From the NCBI GenBank assembly GCA_951406725.2, contig OX597826.1, positions 17,546,001 through 17,610,000 of the forward strand: a DNA stretch of 64,000 nt, read 5' to 3'. This document shows positions 50,009 to 62,158 of this stretch, piece after piece. The notes beneath the pieces are model-generated. The model saw only the letters and a list, made by a program, of their open reading frames with translations, had not been told where the DNA came from and did no database searches. This stretch comes from Octopus vulgaris. Its lineage: Eukaryota. Each line of letters begins with the position of its first letter. Position 1 is the stretch's first letter. The translations under genes and the position numbers were made by a program.

Positions 50009-50712
50009 TAAATGGAAGCTGTAAGTATTTGGTCTGTTTACATATTGTGACACACCCAACTGAACTCATCCCAACACATTCATTTGGTCAACTGTGCCTT
50101 CAAATCATGACATCTGAGGAAGCAAATAGACTATAGGATAATTATTACATATTTCCATATATCATGGCATGATTTACATAACACTGTATCAATTGCGTAA
50201 CATTGTATGAGACACAGAATAAGAATACTGTCAGAAACAATAGTAATGTTAATTTGACTTCTTCGTTCTTCCTTTAATTTAATACTTTTATTACTCACTC
50301 TGCTGGGCTTATTTTAAGCTGACTGGATCCTACCTTGGAGTTGAGTCGTGCTTCTGTTTGCATCAGTTGAAGTCTTATGGAACTCCTTTTGATATTGGAA
50401 TATTATGCTATAGCCAAGGACCAGCATGGAGTACTTGTGAGGGGAATATCCAGAATTATAATTATCCCTTCTATCAATCAATCAATCAAAATATTTGTGT
50501 GTGAGTGTGTGTGTGTGAGAGGGGGAGAGAGAGAGAGAGTGTAAAAGCAAAAGAGATGACATATGAAAAATGAGGATTATGTTATGAACTTCATTAACTT
50601 ACAGCTATTTCTGCCATAAAATGCAGTGGATTCATAGTTGAGTGACTGAATAACAACCTATAGCTTTATTGAAGCTTCGAACATGAAGTGCAATATACAT
50701 ACATACATACAT

Positions 50713-50920
50713 ATCATCATCATCATCATCATCATCGTTTAACGTCCGTTCTCCATGCTAGCATGGGTTGGACAGTTCAACCGGGGATCTGGGAAGCCAG
50801 AAGGCTGCACCAGGCTCCAGTCTTATCTGGCAATGTTTCTACAGCTGGATGCCCTTCCTAACGCCAACCACTCCGTGAGTGTAGTGGGTGCTTTTTACGT
50901 GCCACCTGCACAGGTGCCAG
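50713..50920 (-). mobile_element. RTE family B 3' terminus
   Basis: (ATC)n plus the conserved block. Confidence 0.85.
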
Positions 50921-51024
50921 GGAAAATCAAAAATAAGGGTGAAAAAATTGGATATTAATTTAATAACATCAATTTAACACCAAGTGGTTTAGCACATAAA
51001 AACTGAGATTCAGTAAATATTAAT

Positions 51025-51375
51025 ACACAAATATAAGAGAGAATCCACTATGTGGACGCTCCTGCACTAAAAATAGATCCGCAATGGTCTCAACGACCAA
51101 GAATTGTTCTCAAGAAAAATTAGCACAACTATGAACGTAAGCGAGCAGGACAAATGAAAAATAACAAAAATGTAGATTAACCCTAGACAATTGTTTCACA
51201 GTGAAACAATTGTCTAGGGTTAATCTACATTTTTGTTATTTTTCATTTGTCCTGCTCGCTTACGTTCATAGTTGTGCTAATTTTTCTTGAGAACAATTCT
51301 TGGTGGTTGGGACTATTGTGGATCTATTTTTAGCGCATGAGCGTCCACATAGTGGATTCTCTCTTATATTTGTGT
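51025..51375. repeat. 351-bp palindrome centred on base 51200
   Basis: 175-bp arms, 1-nt spacer; inner ~104 bp perfectly complementary, 6 mismatches in the outer part. Confidence 0.95.
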
Positions 51376-51376
51376 G

Positions 51377-51424
<48 letters not shown>

Positions 51425-51514
51425 TGTATGTATGTATGTATGTACACACATACGTATGTATGTCGTATGTATGTATATATATATGTATGTATGTAGCAGA
51501 TCCTGAATGCCTTC

Positions 51515-51847
51515 AACCAAGGATACAGCAGTCTTGGTTTCACCATCCACTCTAAGAAGACTCAGATTCTGTACCAACCAACCCCAAATGGCTCAACCAG
51601 AAGAGAACCATCAATCAAGCTTGGTGAAACAACCCTTAAAAGCATGGACCACTTTCCTTATCTTGAGAGTCATCTCTCATCAAATATTGACCTGAGTGAT
51701 GAGATTTAGCATTGTCTGAAGTGTGCTAGGACTACCTTCAGCTGTCTCCATGCAGAATCTTTGAAGACCGTGACATCAGAACTGACACCAAAATAGTTAG
51801 GTACAAAGCAGTGGTCATCCCAATACTCCTGTCTGCATCTGAAACCC
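51515..51847 (+). mobile_element. RTE/BovB-like LINE fragment (RT C-terminal region)
   Basis: LYQPTP...LKSMDHFPYLESHLS...TKIVRYKAVVIPILLSASET. Confidence 0.75.
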
Positions 51848-52639
51848 AGCCAAAGATACTTGCTCAAGACACCATGCAGTGGGGACCAAACCTAAAATTA
51901 TGAGGCTACAAAAATAGCCATGCCAGCCTCTGTACACACATACATCAGTTTGGCAATATATATCAAGGCCTATTGGTAATACTCAAGTTAAATAGTAATC
52001 TTATTTGTTGTTTATAGTACTTTTTTCCACTTAACACCAATCTTCTAAAAGGGAAATTTTTATCCTTTAATTTAACCAGAGGAAGATTTCAACCACAGGA
52101 CTAATTACAATAATCCTTATAAGAAGTTTTAATAGGAGAATAATATGACAGCTATAGTCAAAGACAACAACAAACTGATTGCAAAATGCCCTATTCGAAA
52201 ACATATTAACAGGTTTTGAAAAGTGAAGAGAAAGCAATGTCTTAGAAGTTTAAATGCATCTAAAGTAATTTCTTAATAAAATCTGGTGAGATCAAACAGT
52301 GTAACAGAATAAGAAAAATCACATTTGAGATTGTCCTGTCAAAGAGATTCCTTATGTCCTTGATGGTACTTACCAAGGGATTAACAAACAAAAAGAAGCA
52401 ATTGAAATGAATTGAACGAGCTTGTTGATAATGGTTGATAAATGTTATTCACACATTTGAACTGCTGTTACGTAATTCTTTTTTAAATAATCAATAAATA
52501 CAGTTGGTAGGACATGGCTGACTAAACAAAACCTTTACAGAGTTGTAATCTGAATTTTACACACACACACACATACATGAGTGCCTGTAAAAATACATAC
52601 ATATATGTACATACACTTATGTAAAACATACATATCTAT

Positions 52640-53850
52640 CTATGCTGGCATGGGTTGGACGATTTGACTGAGGACTGGTGAGCCAGATGGCTGCACCAGG
52701 CTTCAGTTTGATCTGGCAGAGTTTCTACAGCTGGATGCCCTTCCTAATGCCAACCACTCCAAGAGTGTAGTGGGTGTTTTTACATACCACCGTCACAAGG
52801 ACCAGTCATGCGGTACTGGCAATGGCCATGCTCAAATGGTGTTTTTTATGTGCTACCTGCACAGGAGCCAGTCCAGTGGCACTGGCAACGACCTCACTCA
52901 AATGTTGTTTTTCACTTGCCACCAGCACAAGTGCCAGCAAGGCGACAGTGGTAACAATCACGCTCAAATGGTGCTTTTTACATGCCACCAACACGGGAGC
53001 CAGTCAGCGGCCCTAGCAACAATCACACTTGGATGGTGCTTTTAGCGCTCCACTAGCACAGATGCCAGTCATGCGGTGCTGTCATCCAATCTAATTTTGA
53101 TTTCACTTGCCTTGACAGGTCTTCGCAAACAGAGTTTAGTGTCCAATGAAGGAAAGGTACGCATAAGTGGGCTGGGTACACCCCTGGCATAGGCCATGGA
53201 TTATGGTCTCACTTGGCTTGCCGAGTCTTCTCAAGCACAACATATTTTCAAAGGTCTCAGCCACTAGTCATTGCTTCGGTGGGACCTAATGTTTGAAGGT
53301 CATTTTTCCCACCTTATCCCAGGTCTTCCTGGGTCTACCTCCTCCTCAGGTTCCCTCAACTGCTAGGGTGTGACACTTTTTCACACAGCATCCATTCTCA
53401 CCACATGGCCATACCAACGCAGTCGTCTCTCTTGCACACCACATCTAATGCTTCTTAGGTCCAACTCTTCTCTCAAGGCACTTACACTCTGTTGAGTATG
53501 CACACTGACATTACACATCCAGCAGAGCATACTGGCTTCATTCCTTGCAAGCTTACGCATGTCCTCAGCAGTCAGGGCCCATGTTTCACTGCCATGTAGC
53601 ATGAACCCAAACTGCATCTCATCTAAACTGACTCTCTCCTTAATTAGTTGGTCTATGACCCTCTCCGTGACCTTCATTACCTGATCCAACAACTTGATAC
53701 CTCTGTAATTATTTGCATTTAATGCATCACCTTTACCTTTGTAGCAGTTGACTATGGTTCTGCTACACCAGTCATTGGGTATGACTCCTTCATGTATCAC
53801 CTGGTTAATTATATGGGTGACTAGGCTATAGCTGACACCGCCAGATATTT
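52640..53850 (-). mobile_element. RTE family B LINE with an internal RT deletion, full 3'UTR
   Basis: ORF 53381-53800 fuses the RT start (NYRGIKLL...EMQFGFM) to the C-terminal domain (LHGSETWALT...RRLRWYGHVVRMD). Confidence 0.92.
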
Positions 53851-53961
53851 ATACACACACACACATATATATACATATATATATATGATAGGCAGACAAA
53901 CAGACTGACAGGCAGACAGACAGATAGATAGATAGAGAGAAAGAGAGAGATAACCAGAAAT

Positions 53962-54066
53962 GACTCTGACGAAAGTAGCATTAATTTTTTTAGGTTGTTC
54001 AATTTCTCAACCAATCAACTGACGAATGTGTAAACCTATAATGACTACTGGAAACAGCCGTAAGCC
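53962..54066 (+). ncRNA. Type I hammerhead motif, PLE-type (decayed)
   Basis: gact-CTGACGA-a-agtag...ctact-g-GAAA-cagccg-TA-agcc. Confidence 0.5.
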
Positions 54067-54354
54067 AAATTTGCTCTAATAAAGGAGTCCAATGTAGACA
54101 GTTGCGTTCGGAAGTGCTGATCACTTAAAGCGGATGAAACTCATTGGAACTCATGGAAGAGGGAGCTCCAAGAGAACATGGGATGTAATACTGAAGGCCA
54201 ATCTCAAGACACTTCAACATCATCATTTAGTGTCCATGTTCCATGCTGGGATGGGTTAAGGGAGCAGTGGATAACAACATTTCTACATTTAGTAATATAG
54301 ACAGAAGATAATTGTTGATGTTGGTCAATATGGTAATATTTAACTAAACAGAAG

Positions 54355-54565
54355 GTGGTCAGTTGGGTGAATCATTAGCACACCATGCAAAATGCTTAGC
54401 ATATTTCATCTGTCTTTACATTTTGAGTTCAAATGCCACTGGAGTCAACTTTGCTTTTCATCCTTTTGAGGTCGATAAAATAAGTACCAGTTGAGAACTG
54501 AGGTAGATGTAATTGACTTAGTTCCTTCCCAAAAACTGCTAGCCTTGGGCCAAAATTTGAAATCC
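54355..54565 (+). mobile_element. SINE family C
   Basis: gaatcattagca...gagttcaaatgcc...cttttcatccttttgaggtcgataaaataagtaccag. Confidence 0.75.
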
Positions 54566-55079
54566 ATATTTAACTTAGTATGTCTAATGTTAGCTTGCTT
54601 GGTAGGCATGCTAACCTAAAGGAAAAGTTTAATTTTTATGGCAAAAATTGCTTGCAACACATTCAAGAATTTTCTGAAGAAAACTTATAAAAAGGACCTG
54701 GGTTCAACTTTGAGGATATTTAGCTTATTAGAGCTGGAGACTGTGTTTTCAGTTTCATAGTTAATAAGACAATTTTCATCCCACAGCATTCTAGCTGCAA
54801 CTATTCTGTCTGTTTCAGGTTATCAGAGACCACATTATCAAATATATCCATCTCTTAAAAGATGGTAGAGTTTGATTTGATGGAAATTTAACTGCTTTTT
54901 TAGCAAGTCCAGTGACCATATGTCGCCCCTTATATTGTTGGTTCAAGACCCCTATAAAGAACAGGATCAGGACTTCTCTTCTTTTTCTGTGACACTCACA
55001 AGATAAAGACCATGCATATAAATCAACTCTGTAAGCCAGTAAATTGTTTGACAGTTTTACAATATGCTATCAGTTGTGG

Positions 55080-55575
55080 AGCTTAATGTCAGCTCTGACT
55101 GAACAGATCTATGATTAAAAGCATTCCAATAGTGACCATCTTGCCTCTTATAAAGTAGCATATACTGTATACTACATTATCCAGTAAAGTCTTACATATC
55201 ATCATTTTTAAGATGACAGGTATGCGTTAATGGAAATATGGCAGCCATCACTAAATTTGCTAAACAACCACATAGAGTCTCCTTTGTTGAGTCAAATGCT
55301 GTTAGCAATTATGATAGGAAATCAGACCACCATCAGATACCTGCCTAAATGCAGCCCCTATGCAACCACTCAGACTGCTAGAGGAAGCAAGCAAATTTCT
55401 CTCAAAACACACTGTCCCATCTTCAAAAAACAAACACCAAAAACAAAAATAAAGGAAAAGACAAGACACACAACAAAATGTAACTCTAGATATACAAATT
55501 AAAGATTGGATAGTCACAGACAGATCACCTTTGATCTTAGGTCAGCTAGAACAAACCAACCTGGGGTTAAACATT
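55080..55575. repeat. Old fold-back repeat family E (also about 26410-26935; partial arms near 8100-8370, 19060-19260 and 58480-58680)
   Basis: Diverged complementary arms sharing actacattatccagt / ctggataatgta and acctggggctaaaca-like motifs; read by eye. Confidence 0.45.
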
Positions 55576-55960
55576 AGAATCATATTTTCAGCAAGGCAAG
55601 AAAGGTGACTAAGATCTAAGTGACAAGGTCATGGATATATTGCAGTCCTCATAAACTGACTTTAGACATTTTATTGTACCTTTGAGCATATTGCTTTATT
55701 TTACATGTAGTTATTAATTCACTTGGCTGTCAGGAATCGGTATCGGATTGGCTGGAGGTGGCTGACCTAAAATATAGTTAAGTGGGACAGGTAACATATA
55801 TAGGAAAGTAGAGAGCAAGAAAAACACAAGAACAAAAAAAGGTAATTCTGGTGTCCAAATTAAATATGAATCAGAGAGAGAGAATAGGTGTAACGCAGGA
55901 GGAAGAGAGTCTAGTCTTTGACCAATAATACAGTGACCACTATAGACATGATTATCACCA

Positions 55961-56143
55961 ATCATCATCAGCATTAATGTCTATTTTCCATATTGGCATG
56001 GATTGGATGACCTGACAGGAACTGGCAAAGCCAGGGGCTGCACCAGGTTCCGTAGTCTGTTTGGGCTTGATTTCTACAGCAGGATGCCCTCCCCAATGCC
56101 AACCATTTTACAGAGTGTACGGGGCACTTTTAATGTGGCACCA
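55961..56143 (-). mobile_element. RTE family B 3' terminus, diverged
   Basis: atcatcatc...catggattggatg...ggatgccctccccaatgccaacca. Confidence 0.7.
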
Positions 56144-57013
56144 TGTTTCAATATTTTCACATCTCATCAGAAAAGCAGAATTTTATCAATACTTACCAGA
56201 CCTTTAGTGAGTGAGAGATATAAAGATTTGGAGTGGATAAATATTGATTGACTGATTTCACAACTCAAAGTTAATGACTGGTGGAAAGTTCTCAGCTCTT
56301 TCTTCTGCATGAAGAACATAAATTCAACTTAGGACTAAAATAGTTAATGTAATGAGATCTGCAAAGCATTCACTTAATTAGAATTACATATGTATCTAAG
56401 AGAGAAGCTATTAACTTTAATAATTATTCTTCTAGTTGATGCAGACAAGATAAAACAACTCTGAAACCCAAATTAATTAAAAATTGATTGGAGGCATGGA
56501 GTGGAGTGAGAATCAGATCTTCAGCAAATATAGTGCAAACTTGTTTCAGTCTTATTATAACTCCTCAGTAGTCTAATATGTAATTGATACATTTTAGGTA
56601 ACCATCTTTCAAGGAGGAAATATGTGTCATTGCTTAATAGCTTGAAACACCAGAATTTGTTGCTCTTGTACACTTAGAGGAATATTTACAATATTGTACA
56701 GATAAAATTTCCTTTGGTTGCCTAATCCAGTATGAATCTAATTTGTAATTTAACAGATTAATTTATTATCATAACAGGAACTGATCTTGTCTATTGCACC
56801 AATTAGTCAATCAGATATCAGGATTTACTTAATAGGATATATATATATATTACAGTTTATCAACAGAATTTTACTTCCTTTTAATCTTTGAATCTTTTAT
56901 TTTAATCTTTGAATCTTTTATTTTCCAATAACTATTCCAACCATCTGCTTCATAGATTATTTTAATCTTATAGGGAAGTGAAAAATTATTGATGACATTT
57001 ATAATATGGATAG

Positions 57014-57044
57014 TATTATTATTATTATTATCATTAGTAGTAGC

Positions 57045-57098
<54 letters not shown>

Positions 57099-57142
57099 GG
57101 TGGTGGTGGTGGTGGTGGTGGTGGTGGTGGTGGTGGTAGTGA
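57014..57142. repeat. (TTA)n/(TAG)n/(TGG)n compound microsatellite
   Basis: Directly visible; source of the poly-Val ORF. Confidence 0.95.
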
Positions 57143-57248
57143 TGTTAACAGGTTATAAATTAAATAGAGTGTTGGTCAATTGATAGACGAATCTGGTTTT
57201 AGGATCCAGTTGTTGATAGAGTGAATACTGTTTCTGTAGCAAATGTAT

Positions 57249-57479
57249 TTAACCCTTTAGCATTCAGATCACTCCATCAAACATAATGCTTATTTATTCA
57301 CATTGATTTAAATTAATCATCCATTACCTTATAGCTTCAATATTTCAATGATATGATTGTTTATTTTTTGTATGACATTATAGGGTAATTGAGGAGCCCC
57401 AGATCAGATTGGTTTGGACATAAAACTGGTAGAAGAATATTTGAGCTGAACATGACTAGTTTAAAGAGTAAAGCACTAA
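57249..57479 (+). mobile_element. piggyBac-type MITE, copy 1
   Basis: TTAA|CCCTTTAGCATT left end; body homologous to 62613-62840; right end decayed. Confidence 0.65.
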
Positions 57480-57689
57480 TCCTCACTAACTCAGCTCTCT
57501 CTGCTCTAAATAGATGCCACAAAGAGGTAAAGGCACTAAATGAATAGCATGGCTTACAGAACTGTGTAGAAGAAACCTATATGTTACATTAATGTTGGCT
57601 TACAGGGATGATTAGAAGAAACACATGAGTGATGATGCAGTGCTTTTTACTTCTTTTTTAAAATTTTTAGTGAGGGAAAGAAAGGAACT

Positions 57690-58100
57690 CTTTTACTTAT
57701 TTCAGTCATTTCACTGTGGCCATGCTGGAGCACCGCCTTTAGTTGAGCAAATCGACCCCAGGACCTATTCTTTGTAAGCCTAGTACTTATTCTACCGGTC
57801 TCTTATGCCGAACCACTAAGTTACGGGGACGTAAACACACCAGCATCGGTTGTCAAACGATGTTGGGGGGACAAACACAGACACACAAACATATACACAC
57901 ATACACACACATACATACATATATATACATATATATGATGGGCTTCTTTTAGTTTCCGTCAACCAAATCCACTCACAAGGCTTTGGTCAGCCTGAGGCTA
58001 TAGTAGAAGATACTTGCTCAAGGTGCCACGCTGTGGGACTGAACCCGGAACCATGTGGTTGGTAAGGAAGCTACTTACCACACAGCCACTCCTACACCTA
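57690..58100 (-). mobile_element. SINE family A
   Basis: Full-length reverse-complement copy. Confidence 0.92.
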
Positions 58101-58794
58101 TAACTGCTCATGAACTTTTATTTCTTTTCAAGGACTCCAAAATTGGTGGGTGGAAAGGAATAAATTACCCTCAAACTAAAGATCTGGCCTAAGTACCCTA
58201 GGATCAGGTTGCAGTGTAAAACTGGGAGAGGGATTAAGTCGCTACTCTAAGAACTCAGAACATAAGAAGCCTAAACAAATACAGCAAAGCAACTTATTCA
58301 ATGTTCTAACGATTCTGTTAATCTGCTGGCTTGGATTAGCATTCAGTTTCATTGACCCTAAAACGATGAAAGATATAATTAACCTCAGGGATATTTGAAT
58401 TCAGAGTACAGAGATTCTGACGGGATACTTTTAGAGAAGCCTATAAATGGGCAAACCAATGGCTGTGTAGTTGTTTGATATGAGATAAAATAGCAGCTAG
58501 ATTTTTCTCAAGCAAAATCCATCTTAAAAAAGGAAGGACACACTAGATAATGTAGTCCAAGATACACCATGACTTCTTTTTGATCAATTGCTCAATCAAG
58601 ATACCTATAAAAATAAAATAAGACAGATAAGGAATTCTTTTAATTATAGTTCTGACAAGGAGCTAAACAACAACAGCCTGAAAAAGTGGATGCCAGTCAA
58701 GGAATCTGTGATTCAACAAATAACTGCCAAATCTCTCTGAGAGGTATTGATCATGGCTGGAACTTATTTGACTATTTGATCAACTAGTTAGTCG

Positions 58795-59408
58795 AGACTG
58801 GTGATGATGCTGTAGGTGAATCACCTGTTCGAAGGTAGTTTGCAAAATTTAAAGCTGGAGAGTTTAGCTTGGAAGGTGACAGTCGCAGTGGAAGTCCTTC
58901 AAAATTTGATGATGTTTTGAAGGCAAAAATCGAAGGAAACTCAAACATCATGACTAGAGAATTTGTAGAAGAGTTGGAAGTTTCTAAAAGTGTGGCTCAG
59001 GAATACCTAAGGAAGTTAAGATACATTTCTTGCTATAACGAATGGGTCCCTCACAAACTCTCAAAAAGGAATTGCTTGAACTGATATTCCATTTGTGACA
59101 TGCTTTTGAAACAAAATGAAAGCATGCCTTTATTAAAACAACTTGGGACTGGAAATGAAAAATGGGTTGTGTATGAAAGCATAGTGCAAATATGATCCAA
59201 GAGTTTACGTAAGGACCCCGCCAAAAAGCTATTCTTTGTTTTTGGTGGGATCATAATGGCATTATTTATTATGAGCTTCTCCAACAAAACCAAATCATTA
59301 ATTCTGATGTGTGCTATCGTCAGCTGGCTAATTTAAACCAAAATATCAAAGAACCGAGGCCAAAGATTGCCAACAGGAAAGGGATAGTGTTCCAACAAGA
59401 TAATGTCT
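58795..59408 (+). mobile_element. Mariner transposase fragment
   Basis: FAKFKAGEFSLEGDSRSGSP...WVPHKLS...TGNEKWV.Y...GIVFQQDN; broken off at the PLE insert. Confidence 0.88.
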
Positions 59409-59931
59409 GTCTATCAGTGCTAAAAAATGCTTGCTTACATTAAAGGTCACTTCGGGCGAGTAGTGGGATGTGAACCAGATAGTATTCCTATCCCTGTGTT
59501 TTCTTTTCTTTATTATTGGACTAGTGGCAGTCCAGAATAAGAATAAAGCGAGATACACGCAGGAAAAGTCTTGCCCAACGTATCGAGTAGGAATAATCCA
59601 ATAAGATTGCATAGGCCTGCTCCATCATATGACCCCATGCTCACATCGAAAGCACCCTCTGTATCGGTAGTCTTGACCCACTCTGCATTCCTGCTGAAGA
59701 GTAAAGTCTTTCTAGCATGGAAGATTATGTCCATATCCTGTTTACTGATTTCCATGAATTCGCTTGCGAAGGTGAGAGCTTTATCTAGCAGTTCCTTAGA
59801 GAATATCGAATTGCGTGTATCTCGCTTTATTCTTATTCTGGACTGCCACCAGTCCAATAATAAAGAAAAGAAAACACAGGAATAGGAATACTATCTGGTT
59901 CACACCCCACTACTCACTCGAAGTGACCTTT
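59405..59931 (-). mobile_element. Naiad-like Penelope element relic with 120-bp inverted repeats
   Basis: KELLDKALTFA...IIFHARKTLLF...WVK...FDVSMGSYDGA.LC.LIGLFLL and KRKHR.RNTIWF..HYS.EV..NVSKHFLALIDRH; arms 59442-59561 and 59812-59931. Confidence 0.85.
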
Positions 59932-60462
59932 GGTGTTTGTCATTTGGAGAACCGCTGGCCTACAAATGTATTGTATAATATTCTACATATAAAAATATTC
60001 TTATATATCTGCCTATGATTTCTGTCACTGGCAATGTTTATGTAAGCAAAAAATTTTTAAATCCTGACACAAAAGACTATTTAAAATCATCAAATGCAGG
60101 GCAGCCCAAAATTAAATACAGAAATTTTATAGAAAAATCCAAGGCTCAATGAGAAAACCTTAGTGGCCCTTTTATGGGACATAGTGCACTTATTGTTGAC
60201 TCCTTATTTAGTTCCATTCTACTCTGAAGAGAGAGAAGATTAGGGTTAAGTGAGTGATTAATGTACTTAATATTCTGCTTGAAATGTGGTTAGACACAGT
60301 GGAAACTCTGTATAAACTCTGCACTCCTTATACTATCTCTGCATTGTTCTGTTCACTCCCAAACTGCATATTAAACATTGATGCAAGTACTAGTTTAATG
60401 TTTCAAGCACTATGATAATTTAAATTAATCAAGATTTTATCAGTATCAAAGAAAAATAATCC

Positions 60463-61560
60463 TGTTGTGTCTGAGGAGAGTCATTTTCTTTTTGTGCCTT
60501 ATATTGTAACACACTCACCAGTAAAATTTCCACTTTTTTCTTATTTTTATTGTCCTAAAATTCTCGTTGCATCTTGCAACCTTTTCAATAGTTTTGACTC
60601 TGTCCCTTATTTACACTGCATTCCCTTTTGTTTGTTTGTGCGCATGTGTGTGGGTCAGTGTGTGTGTGTGTGTGCCTATACATGCATGCATGTACATATG
60701 TATGTATTATGTATGCTTGTGTGTGTATGTATATATGTGTGTGTATGCATATGTATATATGTATGTATGTGTGTGCATCTGTAAGTATGTATCCTGCATA
60801 TTTATGTGTTTGCATACATGTATGTATGTGTGTGGGTGTGAGTGTGTGTGTGTATGCACCCTTTTTTTTCCTGTATGTAAGCATATAGATATGAAAATAA
60901 ACAGATCAACATACAGACGGATAGGTACATAGGTTACAAGAACAGACACATATGGAGACACGGATCCACACATATAAAGATGCACATCCATACATACAAA
61001 CATGGTACATAGTTGCATAATACACACACACACACAGACTTGCACACACAAGGAGACAGAGGTGCATACATATACAAACACATGCTCACACACACATATA
61101 TAGAAAATACACAAGCACGGACAGGCAAGCACATAAATATGCAGGATACGTACATACAGATGCACACACACATATATACATACATACATATGCATACACA
61201 CATATATACATACATACACATGCAAACACACATATACATACATACATGCATGCATGTATAGGCACACACACACACACACACTGACCCACACACATGCGCA
61301 CAAACAAACAAAAAGGAACGCAGTGTAAATAACGGACAGAGTCAAGACTATTGAAAAGGTTGCAAGACGCAGCGAAAATTTTAGGACAATAAAAATAAGA
61401 GAAAAAGTGGAAATTTTACCAGTGAGTGTGTTACATAATAAGGTACAAAAAGAAAATGACTCTCCCCAGACACAACAGAATATGCTTCAATACACGAAGT
61501 CATATAAAGAATCTTGCAAACCAAATCCAAAAACGAAAGAAAAATAAATGTTATTAAATA
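60463..61560. repeat. Large inverted repeat of family D (arms about 60463-60812 and 61127-61477)
   Basis: Arms are complementary through both unique and microsatellite-like portions; spacer about 310 bp. Confidence 0.88.
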
Positions 61561-61654
61561 ATGTTTAACCAAATCAAAAAACAAGGGGAAAAAATTTTTT
61601 AATGATTTGACGCATCAGAATTCTAATTAATTATTTATTTCCACATACTTGTGC

Positions 61655-61852
61655 TTGTGCCACGTAAAAAAGCACTAAGTGCACTCTGCTGAGTGGTTGG
61701 TGTTTGGAAGAGCATCCAGCTGTAAAAATTCTGTCAAAACAGTCACAGAAATCTGATGCGGCCTTCTCCCTGGCCAGCTCCTGTCAAACTGACCCACCCA
61801 TGCCAGTATGGAAGGCAGACATTAAACGATGATGATGATGATGACGATGACG
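61655..61852 (+). mobile_element. RTE family B 3' terminus
   Basis: gtgccacgtaaaaaagcac...gcatccagctgta...attaaacgatgatgatg. Confidence 0.8.
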
Positions 61853-61870
61853 ACTTAAATGTGGATGTTC

Positions 61871-62113
61871 TACATTATTTACACTTGAGAGATATTTGTC
61901 CTCATCTTGTTTGTTGTTAACACAACATTTCAGCTGATATACCCTCCAGCCTTCATCAGGTGTACTGGAGAAATTTCGAACCTAGGTTCTCATTCCTAAG
62001 GTATTTTTCGATGTTATTATTATTATTATTATTATTATTCAGGTCACCACGGGCATATGGTGTAGTGGTTAAGAGTGCAGGCTACTAACCCCAAGTTTGA
62101 TTCCAGGTAGTGA

Positions 62114-62158
<45 letters not shown>

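Noticed and set aside
52770-53085. Regularly spaced repeats as a CRISPR-like array
   Set aside because: Units are diverged along their whole length with no unique spacers, there are no cas genes, and they lie within a LINE 3'UTR.
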